Origin: Candidatus Eiseniibacteriota bacterium
GTDB taxonomy: Bacteria; Eisenbacteria; RBG-16-71-46; CAZAMP01
Direction: 5' to 3'
Length of the DNA: 64,000 nucleotides
Assembly: GCA_965224245.1 (NCBI GenBank)
Contig: OZ245046.1
Coordinates: 1,472,001 to 1,536,000, forward strand
Positions within the stretch are counted from its first letter, which is position 1. Each line of letters opens with the position of its first letter. The notes under the pieces are model-generated. The model searched no databases, was not told the origin of the DNA, and saw only the letters and a program-made list of their open reading frames with translations. The position numbers and the translations under genes were made by a program. Below, piece by piece: positions 28,466-38,293 of the stretch.

Positions 28466-29512
28466 ATGAGCATACCGCGACCGTCTCCGACCCCGATTCC
28501 CATCCTGGGCGTCGCCGTCGCCCTCGCGGGCATGGCCGCCGCTCCGGTTCTCGCCGCCGACAAGTACGCAGCGGAGTTCATGAAGATCGGCGTCGGGGCG
28601 CGGGCTCTCGGCATGGGAGGCGCTTTCGCGTCCGTCGCCGACGACGCCAGCGCCGTCTACTGGAACCCCGCGGGACTCACGTTCCTCGCTCGTGGCCAGG
28701 CACTCGGCATGCACGCCGAGCAGTTCGGCGGTGAGGTCGGACACGACTTCGCGAGCGTGGCCTATCCGCTCCGGGGCGAGGGCACGGCGGCCGACGGCAT
28801 CGTCGCCTTCGGATGGGACCGCGTCGCCGTCGACGACATCGAGGTCACGCTCGATGGGCTGCTGGACTACGGGGCCGACGGGGTGCCGGGTACCGGCGAT
28901 GCCGGCGAGGGGAACGGCGCGTACGACTTCGGCGAGAGCTTCGACTTCGACAAGTTCCGGATGGAGAGCAACACCAATCAGGCGTTCTTCTTCACGTACG
29001 CCCGCGCGCTGACCGCCAAGATCTCCATCGGCGGGTCGGTCAAGCTCGTCCGGATGAACCTGGTGGGCACCAACGCGACCGGGGTCGGCGCCGACCTCGG
29101 GCTGATCTACCAGGTGGACCCGTCGTTCACGGTGGGTGTGATGGCGCACGACCTGACCACGACCCGGATCTCCTGGGACACCGGGGCGCGAGAGAGCGTG
29201 GCGCCCGCGTTCGTGCTGGCCACGTACTATGCGCGCTCGGTGGGCGGTCTCGGCATCGTGTCCGGCGCCGCGGACGTGTCGATCACCACGGACGGCCGCG
29301 AGGAGGTCTCGCAGTTCGCCGGCACGGCCGACCTCCACGCCGGAATCGAGTACTGGTACGACCGGAAGCTCGCGCTCCGGGTCGGCACCGATGCCGGTGA
29401 TCTGACGGCCGGAACGGGCGTTCGCTGGCGTCAGTTCGGCGTCGACTACGCGTTCCTGAGCCACAGCGACCTCGACAACAGCCACCGCGTCTCGGCCCAG
29501 CTGAGCTTCTAG
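28466..29512 (+). CDS. PorV/PorQ family outer membrane beta-barrel protein
   Basis: Signal peptide, FMKIGVGARALGMGGAF..DDASAVYWNPAGL, DYAF..HRVS, terminal Phe. Confidence 0.85.
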   Translation: MSIPRPSPTPIPILGVAVALAGMAAAPVLAADKYAAEFMKIGVGARALGMGGAFASVADDASAVYWNPAGLTFLARGQALGMHAEQFGGEVGHDFASVAYPLRGEGTAADGIVAFGWDRVAVDDIEVTLDGLLDYGADGVPGTGDAGEGNGAYDFGESFDFDKFRMESNTNQAFFFTYARALTAKISIGGSVKLVRMNLVGTNATGVGADLGLIYQVDPSFTVGVMAHDLTTTRISWDTGARESVAPAFVLATYYARSVGGLGIVSGAADVSITTDGREEVSQFAGTADLHAGIEYWYDRKLALRVGTDAGDLTAGTGVRWRQFGVDYAFLSHSDLDNSHRVSAQLSF

Positions 29513-29772
29513 GCGGCCTCGCCGGCCGCCGCCCGGCCGCCGCCCGCCGGCCGGCCCCGCTCGGCGCGTGGCCCCGGGTATCACCCGGGCGCGTGACCCC
29601 GGGTGTCGCCCGGGGCCTCCGACCTCACCCCGCACCTGCGGGGTCCCACCCGAGCACACTTCCCCGTCAACATCGGTCCGCCGCCGCCGAACTATTTCCG
29701 AGGCAACGCTCGCACGGCGACCTCGCGCGCCACGCGAGCCACGACCCTTCGCAACTCAGCCAGGAGGAGTTG

Positions 29773-30069
29773 GTGGTCCAACCCTCGGAGGATGCTCGAA
29801 TCCACTCGCGCGTCCGCAACGTGCTCTCGCGACGCTGGGTCGACGTCAAACGCCTCAACGTCGGCACGATCGACGGCGTCATCCACATCGAAGGAGAGCT
29901 CAAGCAGTGCCTCAGCCTCGCACCCGCCATCGGTGAAGGCCGACCGTCGCTACAGTTTCTCAGAAAGATCGAGCGCGAACTTCGCTCCATCGCCGGGGTG
30001 CGCGACGTGGTCTTCTCCATCGCCGGTTTCGAAAAGGTGGGCTCGGAATGGAAAAGGAAAGCATCGTAG
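29773..30069 (+). CDS. Small hypothetical protein, BON-like domain
   Basis: DARIHSRVRNVL..LNVGTIDGVIHIEGE..IAGVRDV; AGGAGGAG RBS. Confidence 0.55.
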   Translation: MVQPSEDARIHSRVRNVLSRRWVDVKRLNVGTIDGVIHIEGELKQCLSLAPAIGEGRPSLQFLRKIERELRSIAGVRDVVFSIAGFEKVGSEWKRKAS

Positions 30070-31400
30070 CACCGGTCCAGATCGTGCTCGATGCGGGGGC
30101 GGCCGCGCGTCAGCTGGTGACGAGTGAGGTCGGCCAGCATCCGGGATTCGCGGATCTCCACAATCGCCTCGGCCTGCTCGAGGTCTACGACGGCCGGCCC
30201 GATCGCGCGGCGCGTGCGTTCCGGGAGGCGCTGGGCATCAACCCCGGCTACTTCTGGGCGGCGTCGAACCTGGCGTTCGCGCTCGTGGGGGCCGGTCATG
30301 CCGAGGAGGCGCTGGACGTGCTGGATCGGCGCTCGCCGCACGCGTCGCATCCCGCGTTCTTCGTGACCCGGGCAGCGCTCCTGCTGGAAGCCGATCGGCC
30401 CGACGAGGTGACCGCGATACTCGACTCGCTCGACGGCGGGTACACCGCGTTCGCGACCCACCTGCGGGCGATGGCGTTGCTGCGCGTCGGAGATCGCCAG
30501 CGCGCGCTGAAGGCGCTGAACGACGCGGCGACCTGCTCGTCGCTGTTGAACCGTCTCTATCGCCAGCGCGAGCTGCTCGGTCCCGGAGCCCTGGAGAAGA
30601 TCAGCCCGCGGCAGGCCGCGTCGCCGATCCGCGTGTTCCCGGGTCTGTTCGAGCTGTACGACTTCTTCGCGGAGATCTACGCGCGACACGGGTTCCGGAT
30701 GCGCGCCCTCGGGTGCTACGAGGAGGGTCAGATCCTGTGGCCGGACCCCGCGCGCCACGCGTGGAACCAGGGCCGGCTGTCCTCGTGGATGGGCGACGCC
30801 ACCGAGGCGAAGCGTCAGTTCGCTCTCGCCATCGAGGAGAACCCCGACATGGTGGACGCGCACATCGCGCTCGCGATGGAGCACGCGTCGGCCGGGCAGA
30901 CCCTCGAGGCGACGGGGGCCTTCGAGCGCGCGGTGGAGCTACGCCCGGGCTACGCGGACATCCGCTACCAGCTCGGGCTCGCGTACATGGAGGGGGGGCG
31001 CCACGTGGATGCCGTCGAGGCGTTCCGCGCCGCCCTGTCGATCAATCCGTCGTTCCACTTCGCCCGGCAGAACCTGGCGCTCGCCCTCCAGCGCGCGTCC
31101 CGGCCCGACGAGGCGATCGTCGAGTACGAGCGCATGCTGGCCGGCGGGCGGCGTTCGGCGGATCTGTTGATGAACTGCGGCATCGCGCTGCTCGAGTGCG
31201 ATCAGGTCGATCGCGCCGAGGCGATGTTCCGGGACGGCATCGCGGCCAACCCGGAATTCACGCTGATCTACTACCACCTCGGAATGGCGTACCAGCGACA
31301 GGGACGGCGCGAGGAGGCCCACGCGGCCTGGCGCCAGTTCCTCGAACGGCACGGACAGTCCGAGCTCGCGCAGAGCGTCCTGCGCGAGCTGGGGGAGTGA
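30048..31400 (+). CDS. Tetratricopeptide repeat protein
   Basis: Repeated TPR units (ADLHNRLG, ALGINPGY, AVELRPGYADIRYQLG, ALSINPSF). Confidence 0.85.
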   Translation: MEKESIVAPVQIVLDAGAAARQLVTSEVGQHPGFADLHNRLGLLEVYDGRPDRAARAFREALGINPGYFWAASNLAFALVGAGHAEEALDVLDRRSPHASHPAFFVTRAALLLEADRPDEVTAILDSLDGGYTAFATHLRAMALLRVGDRQRALKALNDAATCSSLLNRLYRQRELLGPGALEKISPRQAASPIRVFPGLFELYDFFAEIYARHGFRMRALGCYEEGQILWPDPARHAWNQGRLSSWMGDATEAKRQFALAIEENPDMVDAHIALAMEHASAGQTLEATGAFERAVELRPGYADIRYQLGLAYMEGGRHVDAVEAFRAALSINPSFHFARQNLALALQRASRPDEAIVEYERMLAGGRRSADLLMNCGIALLECDQVDRAEAMFRDGIAANPEFTLIYYHLGMAYQRQGRREEAHAAWRQFLERHGQSELAQSVLRELGE

Positions 31401-31470
31401 ACGACGCACCGGGAGTCCGCCCTCGCGGGATCTGGCCGCGACGCCGAGAGGTCGTCGGGGTCTGAAGAGG

Positions 31471-34107
31471 ATGCGCCAAATGGAAGCCTTCGGATCACTG
31501 GACATCGGTCTGTCGATCGCCCCGGCGGGCAACGCGCGCACGTGGGGTGACGCAGCCTCCGGCATCGCGGCGCTGGTCTTCGGCGGCGCCACGCAGACGC
31601 ACGCGGACGTGCTCTTCGCGCGTCTGAGCCGTCTCTCCGAGGAGGGGGCGGGTGCGCCCGGGACACCCTACCCGCCTCGCATCATGCAGGCCGCACGCGC
31701 GCTGGAGATCCTCCACGGCGAGCTGTGGCAGCTCCGCCAGCAAGGTCGGTCGGAGTTCGCGCTGAGCGTGCTCGTGGCACTGGTCGAGGACGATCGGACG
31801 TTCGTGCTGCAGGTCGGTCCCGGCAGCGCGTTCCAGGTCGGCGACGGCGGCGTTCAGGCGGTCGCGAGCCCTCAGACGAGCGGCCCGCCGCTCGGGGCCG
31901 AGGTGAAGTCCGGGATCGCCGTTCATGCACCTCGGTTCGAGCCGGGCGATCGGCTGGTTTTGATGGCCGGCGCCCCCGACAGTCTCTCGCCGGCGCTCCT
32001 GGCACACCTGTGCCGTGAAGAGGCCGATGCACAGACCGCGGCGGAGTCTCTGCGCCGGCAGCTGTACGACCGCGCCGAGGCGGAGAGCGCCGTCCTCACG
32101 TTGAAGGCCCCACGGCCGGTCGCCGAGCAGCCGTCGGCCGTGCCCGACTCCGGCCTCGTGACCCACGCGCATCCGATGTCGGGCGACTCCGAACGGGGAG
32201 GGTCCGTGACGGGCGTCCCGGGGCGACAGAGCGGTCAGATGGCCAGCCCATTCGTGTCGGGTACGCCGCACCCGAGCGGTCAGATGGTCAGCCCGTACGC
32301 GGACCCGCCGCCGAGCAGCCAGGTGGCCGGCGCGGCGCCCGGCGCCGCGGATCGGGCCGGCAGCGGAGGGTCGGCCGGTCAGACGGGGTTCGATTTCCAG
32401 AACGAGGTGCTGGGGGAGCTCTCGAGCTTCCTGGCGCACCTCGACGATCCGGCGGCCGCTGATTCGCCGCCAGCCCCGGCGCCCCGCTCGCCGGTGACGC
32501 GGACCGACCCAGACGCGGCCGTCGAGCCGGCAGGAACGTCGGCCAGCGCCCCGGCGGCCGGCGCACGGTCGAGCCCCGAGTCCGATCGCGGTCCGGTCGA
32601 AGCGACGCCGGACGCGACACGCGAGGGCGACGCACCGCCCGCATCGAGCATGCCGCTCGTCGACGTCGCGACCGCGGGCGCGACGGACACCGGATCGGGG
32701 AGCCTCGGCTCTGCCGGCACTGACGAGGTCGATGCCTGGGCCGCCGACGGCGCCGAAGGCGATGCCCGCACTCCGGAGGCCGAGGAGGCGTGGAGTGCCG
32801 AGGCCGACGCGTGGAGTGCGGAAGCCGGCAAGGCCGACGCGTGGAGCGCGGACGGCGATCCGTCCGGCGACTCCGGCGGCGGGGCCGCCGATGCCGTCGC
32901 ATCCGACGCCAGGGCCTCGGGCCCGGGCACGACCGAGCTCGGCGGTGACGACGACCCGATCGCCGACGGCGATCCGGGATCTCCGATGGAGTCCGAGGCG
33001 GTGGCCGCGGCGGCACCGTCCCCGGAAGCGCCGGGCGAGGAGCGCGCGAAGCCCGAGGGTGGCGGCCGCTCGCGAGCGCGCACGTCATACGGGCTCGCCG
33101 CGCTGACGCTCCTCCTGGTCGCGATTCCGATCGCGTTCATCGTGCTCGATCTCCCGCTGCCGTGGGCGTCGTGGGGCGGCGCCGCGACCGGTGGCGGACG
33201 CCACGAGCGCGTCGAGTCGTCCTCCGACGCACGCGGTCCGGCGACCGGCGACCTTCCGAGCCCGGCTCCGGGTGGGGCCGAGTCCCTCGATCGCTACGGG
33301 ACATGGGGGGCGCTGGACTTCCTTGGCGGCGACGCCTCGCCCGAGATTCCGTTCGACAGCACGTCGATGGGACGCGACGGCGACGGACTCCTCCGCGACG
33401 CCGGCTCCATCGGCGATGACGGGTCACCGGCGATCGACCCGGCCGGAGCGGAGGATCCGTCCTCGCAGAGCACGTCGGCGAGCGGTGGAATGGGGGTGGG
33501 CGATCGCGCGTCCGCGCCGCCGCCCGCCGGCATGGGCCGCCTCGCCGTCGGGGCCCGCCGGTTCGTCGGCGACGGATTCGACGCGTCGCGGGGGGACTCG
33601 GTCTTCGTGGATCGCCAGTTCGCCGGCGTCACCCCGATCGAGCTGACGGTGGCTCCCGGCATGCACAGTGTGCGCGTCGGCGCCGATCTCGCCACGGCCA
33701 TCACGCGGATCGTGGACGTGCCCGAGGGCGCCTCCCGGACCGTTCGCGCCGACTTCGGAGTTGAGGCGCGCCTGACGCTCCGCCCGACGTCGTACCTGGA
33801 GGTGGAGGCGGGGCAGCCCCTGATGATGTCGGTGCTCGTGGACGAGGCCGATCATTCGAAGGCCGAGCGGCTGACCTGTCACTACCGCGTCCCGGGCGGC
33901 GAAGCGTTTCAGTCCCGGCCGATGACGCGTGCGCAGGATGGGTTCCCGTACTGGGTCGCGTCGCTCCCGGGCTCGGAGACGGCCACCGGGACCCTCGAGT
34001 ACTACTTCGCCGCGTCCGACGTGGACGGCGCCGAGATCGTCTCGGAGATCTTCGAGGCCTCGTTCGAGAATCCGAATCCCGATGCCCGGGCGGTGGCGAG
34101 GAACTGA
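31471..34107 (+). CDS. Bitopic membrane protein: degenerate PP2C-like N-terminus, acidic low-complexity linker, TM helix, PEGA-like domain
   Basis: VLQVGPGSAF and FEPGDRLVLM resemble PP2C; single TM; SVFVDRQFAGVTPIELTVAPGMHSVRV resembles PEGA. Confidence 0.6.
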   Translation: MRQMEAFGSLDIGLSIAPAGNARTWGDAASGIAALVFGGATQTHADVLFARLSRLSEEGAGAPGTPYPPRIMQAARALEILHGELWQLRQQGRSEFALSVLVALVEDDRTFVLQVGPGSAFQVGDGGVQAVASPQTSGPPLGAEVKSGIAVHAPRFEPGDRLVLMAGAPDSLSPALLAHLCREEADAQTAAESLRRQLYDRAEAESAVLTLKAPRPVAEQPSAVPDSGLVTHAHPMSGDSERGGSVTGVPGRQSGQMASPFVSGTPHPSGQMVSPYADPPPSSQVAGAAPGAADRAGSGGSAGQTGFDFQNEVLGELSSFLAHLDDPAAADSPPAPAPRSPVTRTDPDAAVEPAGTSASAPAAGARSSPESDRGPVEATPDATREGDAPPASSMPLVDVATAGATDTGSGSLGSAGTDEVDAWAADGAEGDARTPEAEEAWSAEADAWSAEAGKADAWSADGDPSGDSGGGAADAVASDARASGPGTTELGGDDDPIADGDPGSPMESEAVAAAAPSPEAPGEERAKPEGGGRSRARTSYGLAALTLLLVAIPIAFIVLDLPLPWASWGGAATGGGRHERVESSSDARGPATGDLPSPAPGGAESLDRYGTWGALDFLGGDASPEIPFDSTSMGRDGDGLLRDAGSIGDDGSPAIDPAGAEDPSSQSTSASGGMGVGDRASAPPPAGMGRLAVGARRFVGDGFDASRGDSVFVDRQFAGVTPIELTVAPGMHSVRVGADLATAITRIVDVPEGASRTVRADFGVEARLTLRPTSYLEVEAGQPLMMSVLVDEADHSKAERLTCHYRVPGGEAFQSRPMTRAQDGFPYWVASLPGSETATGTLEYYFAASDVDGAEIVSEIFEASFENPNPDARAVARN

Positions 34108-34163
34108 GCCCCGCGGGCCGCGTCCCGGCCGTGCGGCGCCCCGCGAAAGAGATTCCGGCCCGA

Positions 34164-34192
34164 TTGACACCTCCCACACCACCGATTAGAGT
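34164..34192 (+). promoter_or_regulatory. Putative sigma70 promoter
   Basis: TTGACA (34164), 17 nt spacer, TAGAGT (34187). Confidence 0.55.
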
Positions 34193-34284
34193 CGTTACTC
34201 GGTGTCTTGCCGTGTCTTGGCGTAATCACGACACGTCCGACGGCAGACGACTCATCGCACGTGGACCCGAGGGAGGTTGCTGGG

Positions 34285-35271
34285 ATGGCGAGATATGCCC
34301 GGTGCGCAGCACTGGCCGGTCTCTTGGGGGTTGGGTTTGCGACGGCGGCCGTGGCCGAGGATCCCGAAGGAAACGTCTGGGTCTGGTTTCGACCCGGCGG
34401 CATCTACACCGACCTCGGCACTGGAAACGACTTCATCGACGCCGGGAACGAGATCTTCGAGGACCAGGGGTGGGCCACGCTCGACTCGTTCCACCTCACG
34501 TACGACGTGAGCGCCGAGGTCCATGCGAACATCACCGAACGGGTTACGGCGTACGGCGGGTATGGCTCGACGTTCGGGTCGGTCACGCAGAACTTCGACC
34601 GGGTCATCTCAGCCGAGGTGTCCGGCAACCCGATCACCGGCGGTGTCCTGTATCGCGTCCCGCTGCCCGACTCGTGGCGAGACGCGGTAGAGAACCTCGA
34701 CGTGTTCGCCGGTGCCGGCGTCGTGTACATGTCCAACTTCGAGTATCGCGTCCGAGACGAGGACCTGAAGACCGATCGCGAGTTCCTCGAGGAGCGGATC
34801 TTCTCGGGGGACGGGCTCGGGTTCGAGCTCCGTCTCAACGCCGAGTACTTTCTCAGCCCGAAGTTCACGATGATGGCGGGGTTCTCGTACCGGGCCCTCA
34901 CCGCGAGCGATCTCACGCACGAGGTACGCGTCTCGAACCCCAACGTCTTCAATCCGACCGAGGACGACGACGGCGACGGGATCCGCAACGATCGCGACCC
35001 CGACTACCTCGGGGAGAACCTGATCGAGGGCAGCGGGAACTTCCAGCGCATGTACGGGCGTCCGATCCCCGATCCGGAGAACGAGGGCGAGTTCATCTGG
35101 TCGCGTCCGGCGGATCGGTTCCTGGAGCCGTTCTACAAGTTCGACCCCGGGGCGTTCGCGAACGAGGCGGCGCCGGCGGCGCTACGCGGGATCTACGATC
35201 CGAGCGCGAAGTTCGACATGGAGCTCAGCGGCATCCAGCTGCGGATCGGTCTGAGCTACTACATCTTCTGA
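34285..35271 (+). CDS. Outer membrane beta-barrel protein with acidic insertion
   Basis: Signal peptide, alternating beta strands, C-terminal QLRIGLSYYIF signature; GGAGG RBS. Confidence 0.7.
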   Translation: MARYARCAALAGLLGVGFATAAVAEDPEGNVWVWFRPGGIYTDLGTGNDFIDAGNEIFEDQGWATLDSFHLTYDVSAEVHANITERVTAYGGYGSTFGSVTQNFDRVISAEVSGNPITGGVLYRVPLPDSWRDAVENLDVFAGAGVVYMSNFEYRVRDEDLKTDREFLEERIFSGDGLGFELRLNAEYFLSPKFTMMAGFSYRALTASDLTHEVRVSNPNVFNPTEDDDGDGIRNDRDPDYLGENLIEGSGNFQRMYGRPIPDPENEGEFIWSRPADRFLEPFYKFDPGAFANEAAPAALRGIYDPSAKFDMELSGIQLRIGLSYYIF

Positions 35272-35345
35272 CGCGGGTGCTCGAGAGCGAGCCCTCCCGC
35301 AGACGTCCTCCCGTGCCGATCTCGCGCTGCGGGAGGCGGCGTCCG

Positions 35346-36230
35346 TCAGTCGATCAGCACGTAGTTCCGGTACTCGCCGAGGCGCGTCCTGAGCACGTTG
35401 CGCTCGACCCAGGTCAAGACGCGGGTCGAGAGTCGATTGTGCTCGTGTTCGCGGCCGGATGGGCCGGGCGCGGGCAGCGTCCAGTCCTGGCCGGCGATGC
35501 GGTCGCGCATGACCGCAGGATGGGTGCCCTGGAACCGGGCGACGTGATCGAGGGGACCGTAGTCGAACGGGATCGTCGGGTCGGGATGCCGATCCGCGAC
35601 CCACTTCGCGTCGTGATGGAGCGAGTCCAGCGCGATCGTCTTGCGTTTCATCAGGTGTGGCGGGCGCACCCAGCCGTAGTGAAACACGCGGGCGCCCGAG
35701 CGGATCACGTTGAGCTTGCGTTCGTCGATCCGGAAGCCCTGAGCGCTCTTCCAGGAGCGCACGCCGATGCCGCCCCGGACCATACGCACCTCGTGGCGGT
35801 ACCAGTTCCGGGCGGTCTGATACGTGTCGTAGGTGGCCCAGAAATGGAGATAGTCGAACAGCAGCCCCTCGACCTCGGGGCGGTCCCGGGCGTCGCGTGC
35901 GGTCCGGAGGATCGCGTCGTAGTCGTCCTCGTGGAGCACCTCGTCGGCCTGCAGGTAGATGCACCAGTCCCCCGAACAGGCGTCGAGCGCGATGTTCGTC
36001 TGGACGGCGTTGATGGCGCCGTGCACGAAGTGCTTCTGGTCCCACTCGGTTTCGATGACGCGGATCTTGGGGTCACCGATGGCCCGGATGCGCTCGAGGG
36101 TGTCGTCGTCGCTCTCGCCGACGGCGATCACGAACTCGTCCACGATGGGCAGGGCGGAGCGGATGGCCTCGGCGATGGGGTAGTAGAGGCTCACCGCGTT
36201 GCGGCAGAACGAGAAACCGGAAACCTTCAT
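35346..36230 (-). CDS. Glycosyltransferase family 2
   Basis: VDEFVIAVGESDDDT, WCIYLQADEVL (DxD-like), VFHYGWVR. Confidence 0.85.
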   Translation of the reverse strand: MKVSGFSFCRNAVSLYYPIAEAIRSALPIVDEFVIAVGESDDDTLERIRAIGDPKIRVIETEWDQKHFVHGAINAVQTNIALDACSGDWCIYLQADEVLHEDDYDAILRTARDARDRPEVEGLLFDYLHFWATYDTYQTARNWYRHEVRMVRGGIGVRSWKSAQGFRIDERKLNVIRSGARVFHYGWVRPPHLMKRKTIALDSLHHDAKWVADRHPDPTIPFDYGPLDHVARFQGTHPAVMRDRIAGQDWTLPAPGPSGREHEHNRLSTRVLTWVERNVLRTRLGEYRNYVLID

Positions 36231-36457
36231 GTGGACCCGCGTGTCACTTTAGTGTGTTGATTTCTCTAGGAGTTCCGATAGCCGACGATTATAAGAGGGG
36301 GCTGCCGAGATGCAAGCCGGCACTCCCCTTTCGACGCCGCGCGCCCAGGCGCGCGGTCTCCGGCCCGGCTTCGAGCGCCTCGGGCGCTCGCGATCCCCGA
36401 GGCCGCGCCGGAGCCTGAACCGCCAACATCGCGCACCGCGCGACGAGGAGCCTCCAC

Positions 36458-38293
36458 ATGCGTCCAGCCACGTCGAGCCCCCGGTTCGGAGCGCGATGCC
36501 TCGCGGGCCTGGCGGCCAGCCTGTTGTGCGCCGCCTCCTCGGCCATCGCCGACACCGACCTGGACCCGGCGAAGTTCATGACCGTCGACGAGATCCGTCC
36601 CGGGATGCACGGGACCGGCGTGTCGGTGTTCTCCGGTCGTGGGCGGCAGAGCTTCGACGTCGAGGTCATCGACGTGCTCCGGCAGCACGGTCCCCGCCGG
36701 AACCTGATCCTGGCCGAGCTGACCGGCGACGTGGTCAGCGAGGCCGGCATCATCGCCGGGATGAGCGGGAGCCCCGTCTACATCGACGACCGGCTGATCG
36801 GGGCGGTCGCGTACGGCTGGTCGTTCGCCAAGCGTCCGATCGCCGGCATCACGCCGATCGAGGAGATGCTCGAGGTCATGCGCATGCCCGATCCTCCCGA
36901 GCCTCCGGTCTCGGCCGGCCTCGAGTACGACCGGCCGATGCCGCCCGACCTGGCCGACGCCGGGCTGCCCGGCGCGCCGGCCGTGGGGGCCGGGTCGCGC
37001 CGGTCGGTGTCGAGCCGCTACGGGGATCTCGTGCCGTTGCGGATGCCGTTGGTGGTCAGCGGCGTGGCCGAGCCCGGGGTGGACATGCTGGCGTCGTTCT
37101 TCTCGCCCTTGGGCGTGGACGTCGTGCAGGGGGTCGGAGGGTCGGTCAGTGCCGAGGGGGCCGCGACCACGATGGGGCCGGGCGACCCGGTCGCCATCCC
37201 GCTGGTTCGCGGCGACGCGTCGATCGCGGTGTTCGGGACCATCACCTACTCCGACGGCGACCGACTGGTCGCGTTCGGGCATCCGGTCTTCCACACCGGC
37301 GGCCAGCGCCTGCCGATGGCCGGCGGGCACGTGGTCGGCGTTCTACCCAGCCAGCTCCAGTCCTTCAAGTTCTCCAGCGCGGCCGAGCCGGTGGGCTACA
37401 TCTTCTCGGATCAGACCCCCGGCGCGGTGGGGCGGATCGGCGAGCCGCCGTCGATGCTGCCGGTCTCCCTGGTGATCGACGGGCCCACCGGCGAGCAGGC
37501 CTTCGCATACGAGGTCGTGCGCGACCGCTTCCTGACCGTCCCCATGATCCAGGCGCTCGCGTCCAACACGATGACGTCGCGCATCTATCGCTCGGGCATG
37601 GGAACGCTGCGCACCGACGTCACGGTGACGCTCGCCGACGGCCAGGTCATCCAGCACCGCGACGTGCTCGCGACGATCAATCCGCCCGACAACGTCGGCG
37701 TCATGGCCGCGAGCCCGGTCTCGATGCTCCTGAACAATCCGTTCGTCGAGCCGTCGATCGAGAAGGTCGATCTCAGGGTCACGCTGGACCAGGACGTCGA
37801 CATCGTGATGATCGAAGAGGTCTCGGTGAACGATCCGTGGGTTCCCGGTCAGATCGGTCGCGTGTACGTGCGGATGCGCGCGTACCGGGGCGACATGATC
37901 GAGCGCGTGATCGAGCTCCCGGTTCCCGAGTCGATGCCGGAAGGGAGCGCGCTGGTGAAGGTGTGCGACCGCGTCTCACTCGATGCGTGGGACCGCGAAC
38001 GAGCGCCCGACAAGTACCGCGCCCGCAACCTGCGCCAGTTCGTCAAGAGCATCCAGGAGCAGCCGGCCCACAACGAGCTCGAGGCGCGTCTGTTCGCCGC
38101 GGGGGCCGCGCTGGTGGTCCAGGGCCACGAGATGCCCGATCTGCCGCCGTCGGTCGCGGCCACGCTGGCGCGAACGAGCTCGAGCGGCGACCGCGCGTTC
38201 GCCGACGGCGTCGAGATGGCGTCCGTCGTTTTGTCTCTCGATCAGCACGTCGTTGGCTGTCACACGCTGTCGGTGGAGGTCGAAAAGCGATGA
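36458..38293 (+). CDS. SpoIVB peptidase S55 domain protein
   Basis: Signal peptide, GIIAGMSGSPVYIDDRLIGAVAYG, AGITPIEEM, AFGHP. Confidence 0.88.
   Translation: MRPATSSPRFGARCLAGLAASLLCAASSAIADTDLDPAKFMTVDEIRPGMHGTGVSVFSGRGRQSFDVEVIDVLRQHGPRRNLILAELTGDVVSEAGIIAGMSGSPVYIDDRLIGAVAYGWSFAKRPIAGITPIEEMLEVMRMPDPPEPPVSAGLEYDRPMPPDLADAGLPGAPAVGAGSRRSVSSRYGDLVPLRMPLVVSGVAEPGVDMLASFFSPLGVDVVQGVGGSVSAEGAATTMGPGDPVAIPLVRGDASIAVFGTITYSDGDRLVAFGHPVFHTGGQRLPMAGGHVVGVLPSQLQSFKFSSAAEPVGYIFSDQTPGAVGRIGEPPSMLPVSLVIDGPTGEQAFAYEVVRDRFLTVPMIQALASNTMTSRIYRSGMGTLRTDVTVTLADGQVIQHRDVLATINPPDNVGVMAASPVSMLLNNPFVEPSIEKVDLRVTLDQDVDIVMIEEVSVNDPWVPGQIGRVYVRMRAYRGDMIERVIELPVPESMPEGSALVKVCDRVSLDAWDRERAPDKYRARNLRQFVKSIQEQPAHNELEARLFAAGAALVVQGHEMPDLPPSVAATLARTSSSGDRAFADGVEMASVVLSLDQHVVGCHTLSVEVEKR

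Noticed and set aside
29513-29570. CCGCC/CCGG-rich repeat after the PorV-like gene as a CRISPR array or terminator
   Set aside because: It is a short low-complexity GC run with no spacers and no U-tract.
36310-38289. 1350-aa ORF as a single giant protein
   Set aside because: The N-terminal half is a shadow frame of the S55 gene; the real protein starts at ATG 38290 with a signal peptide.
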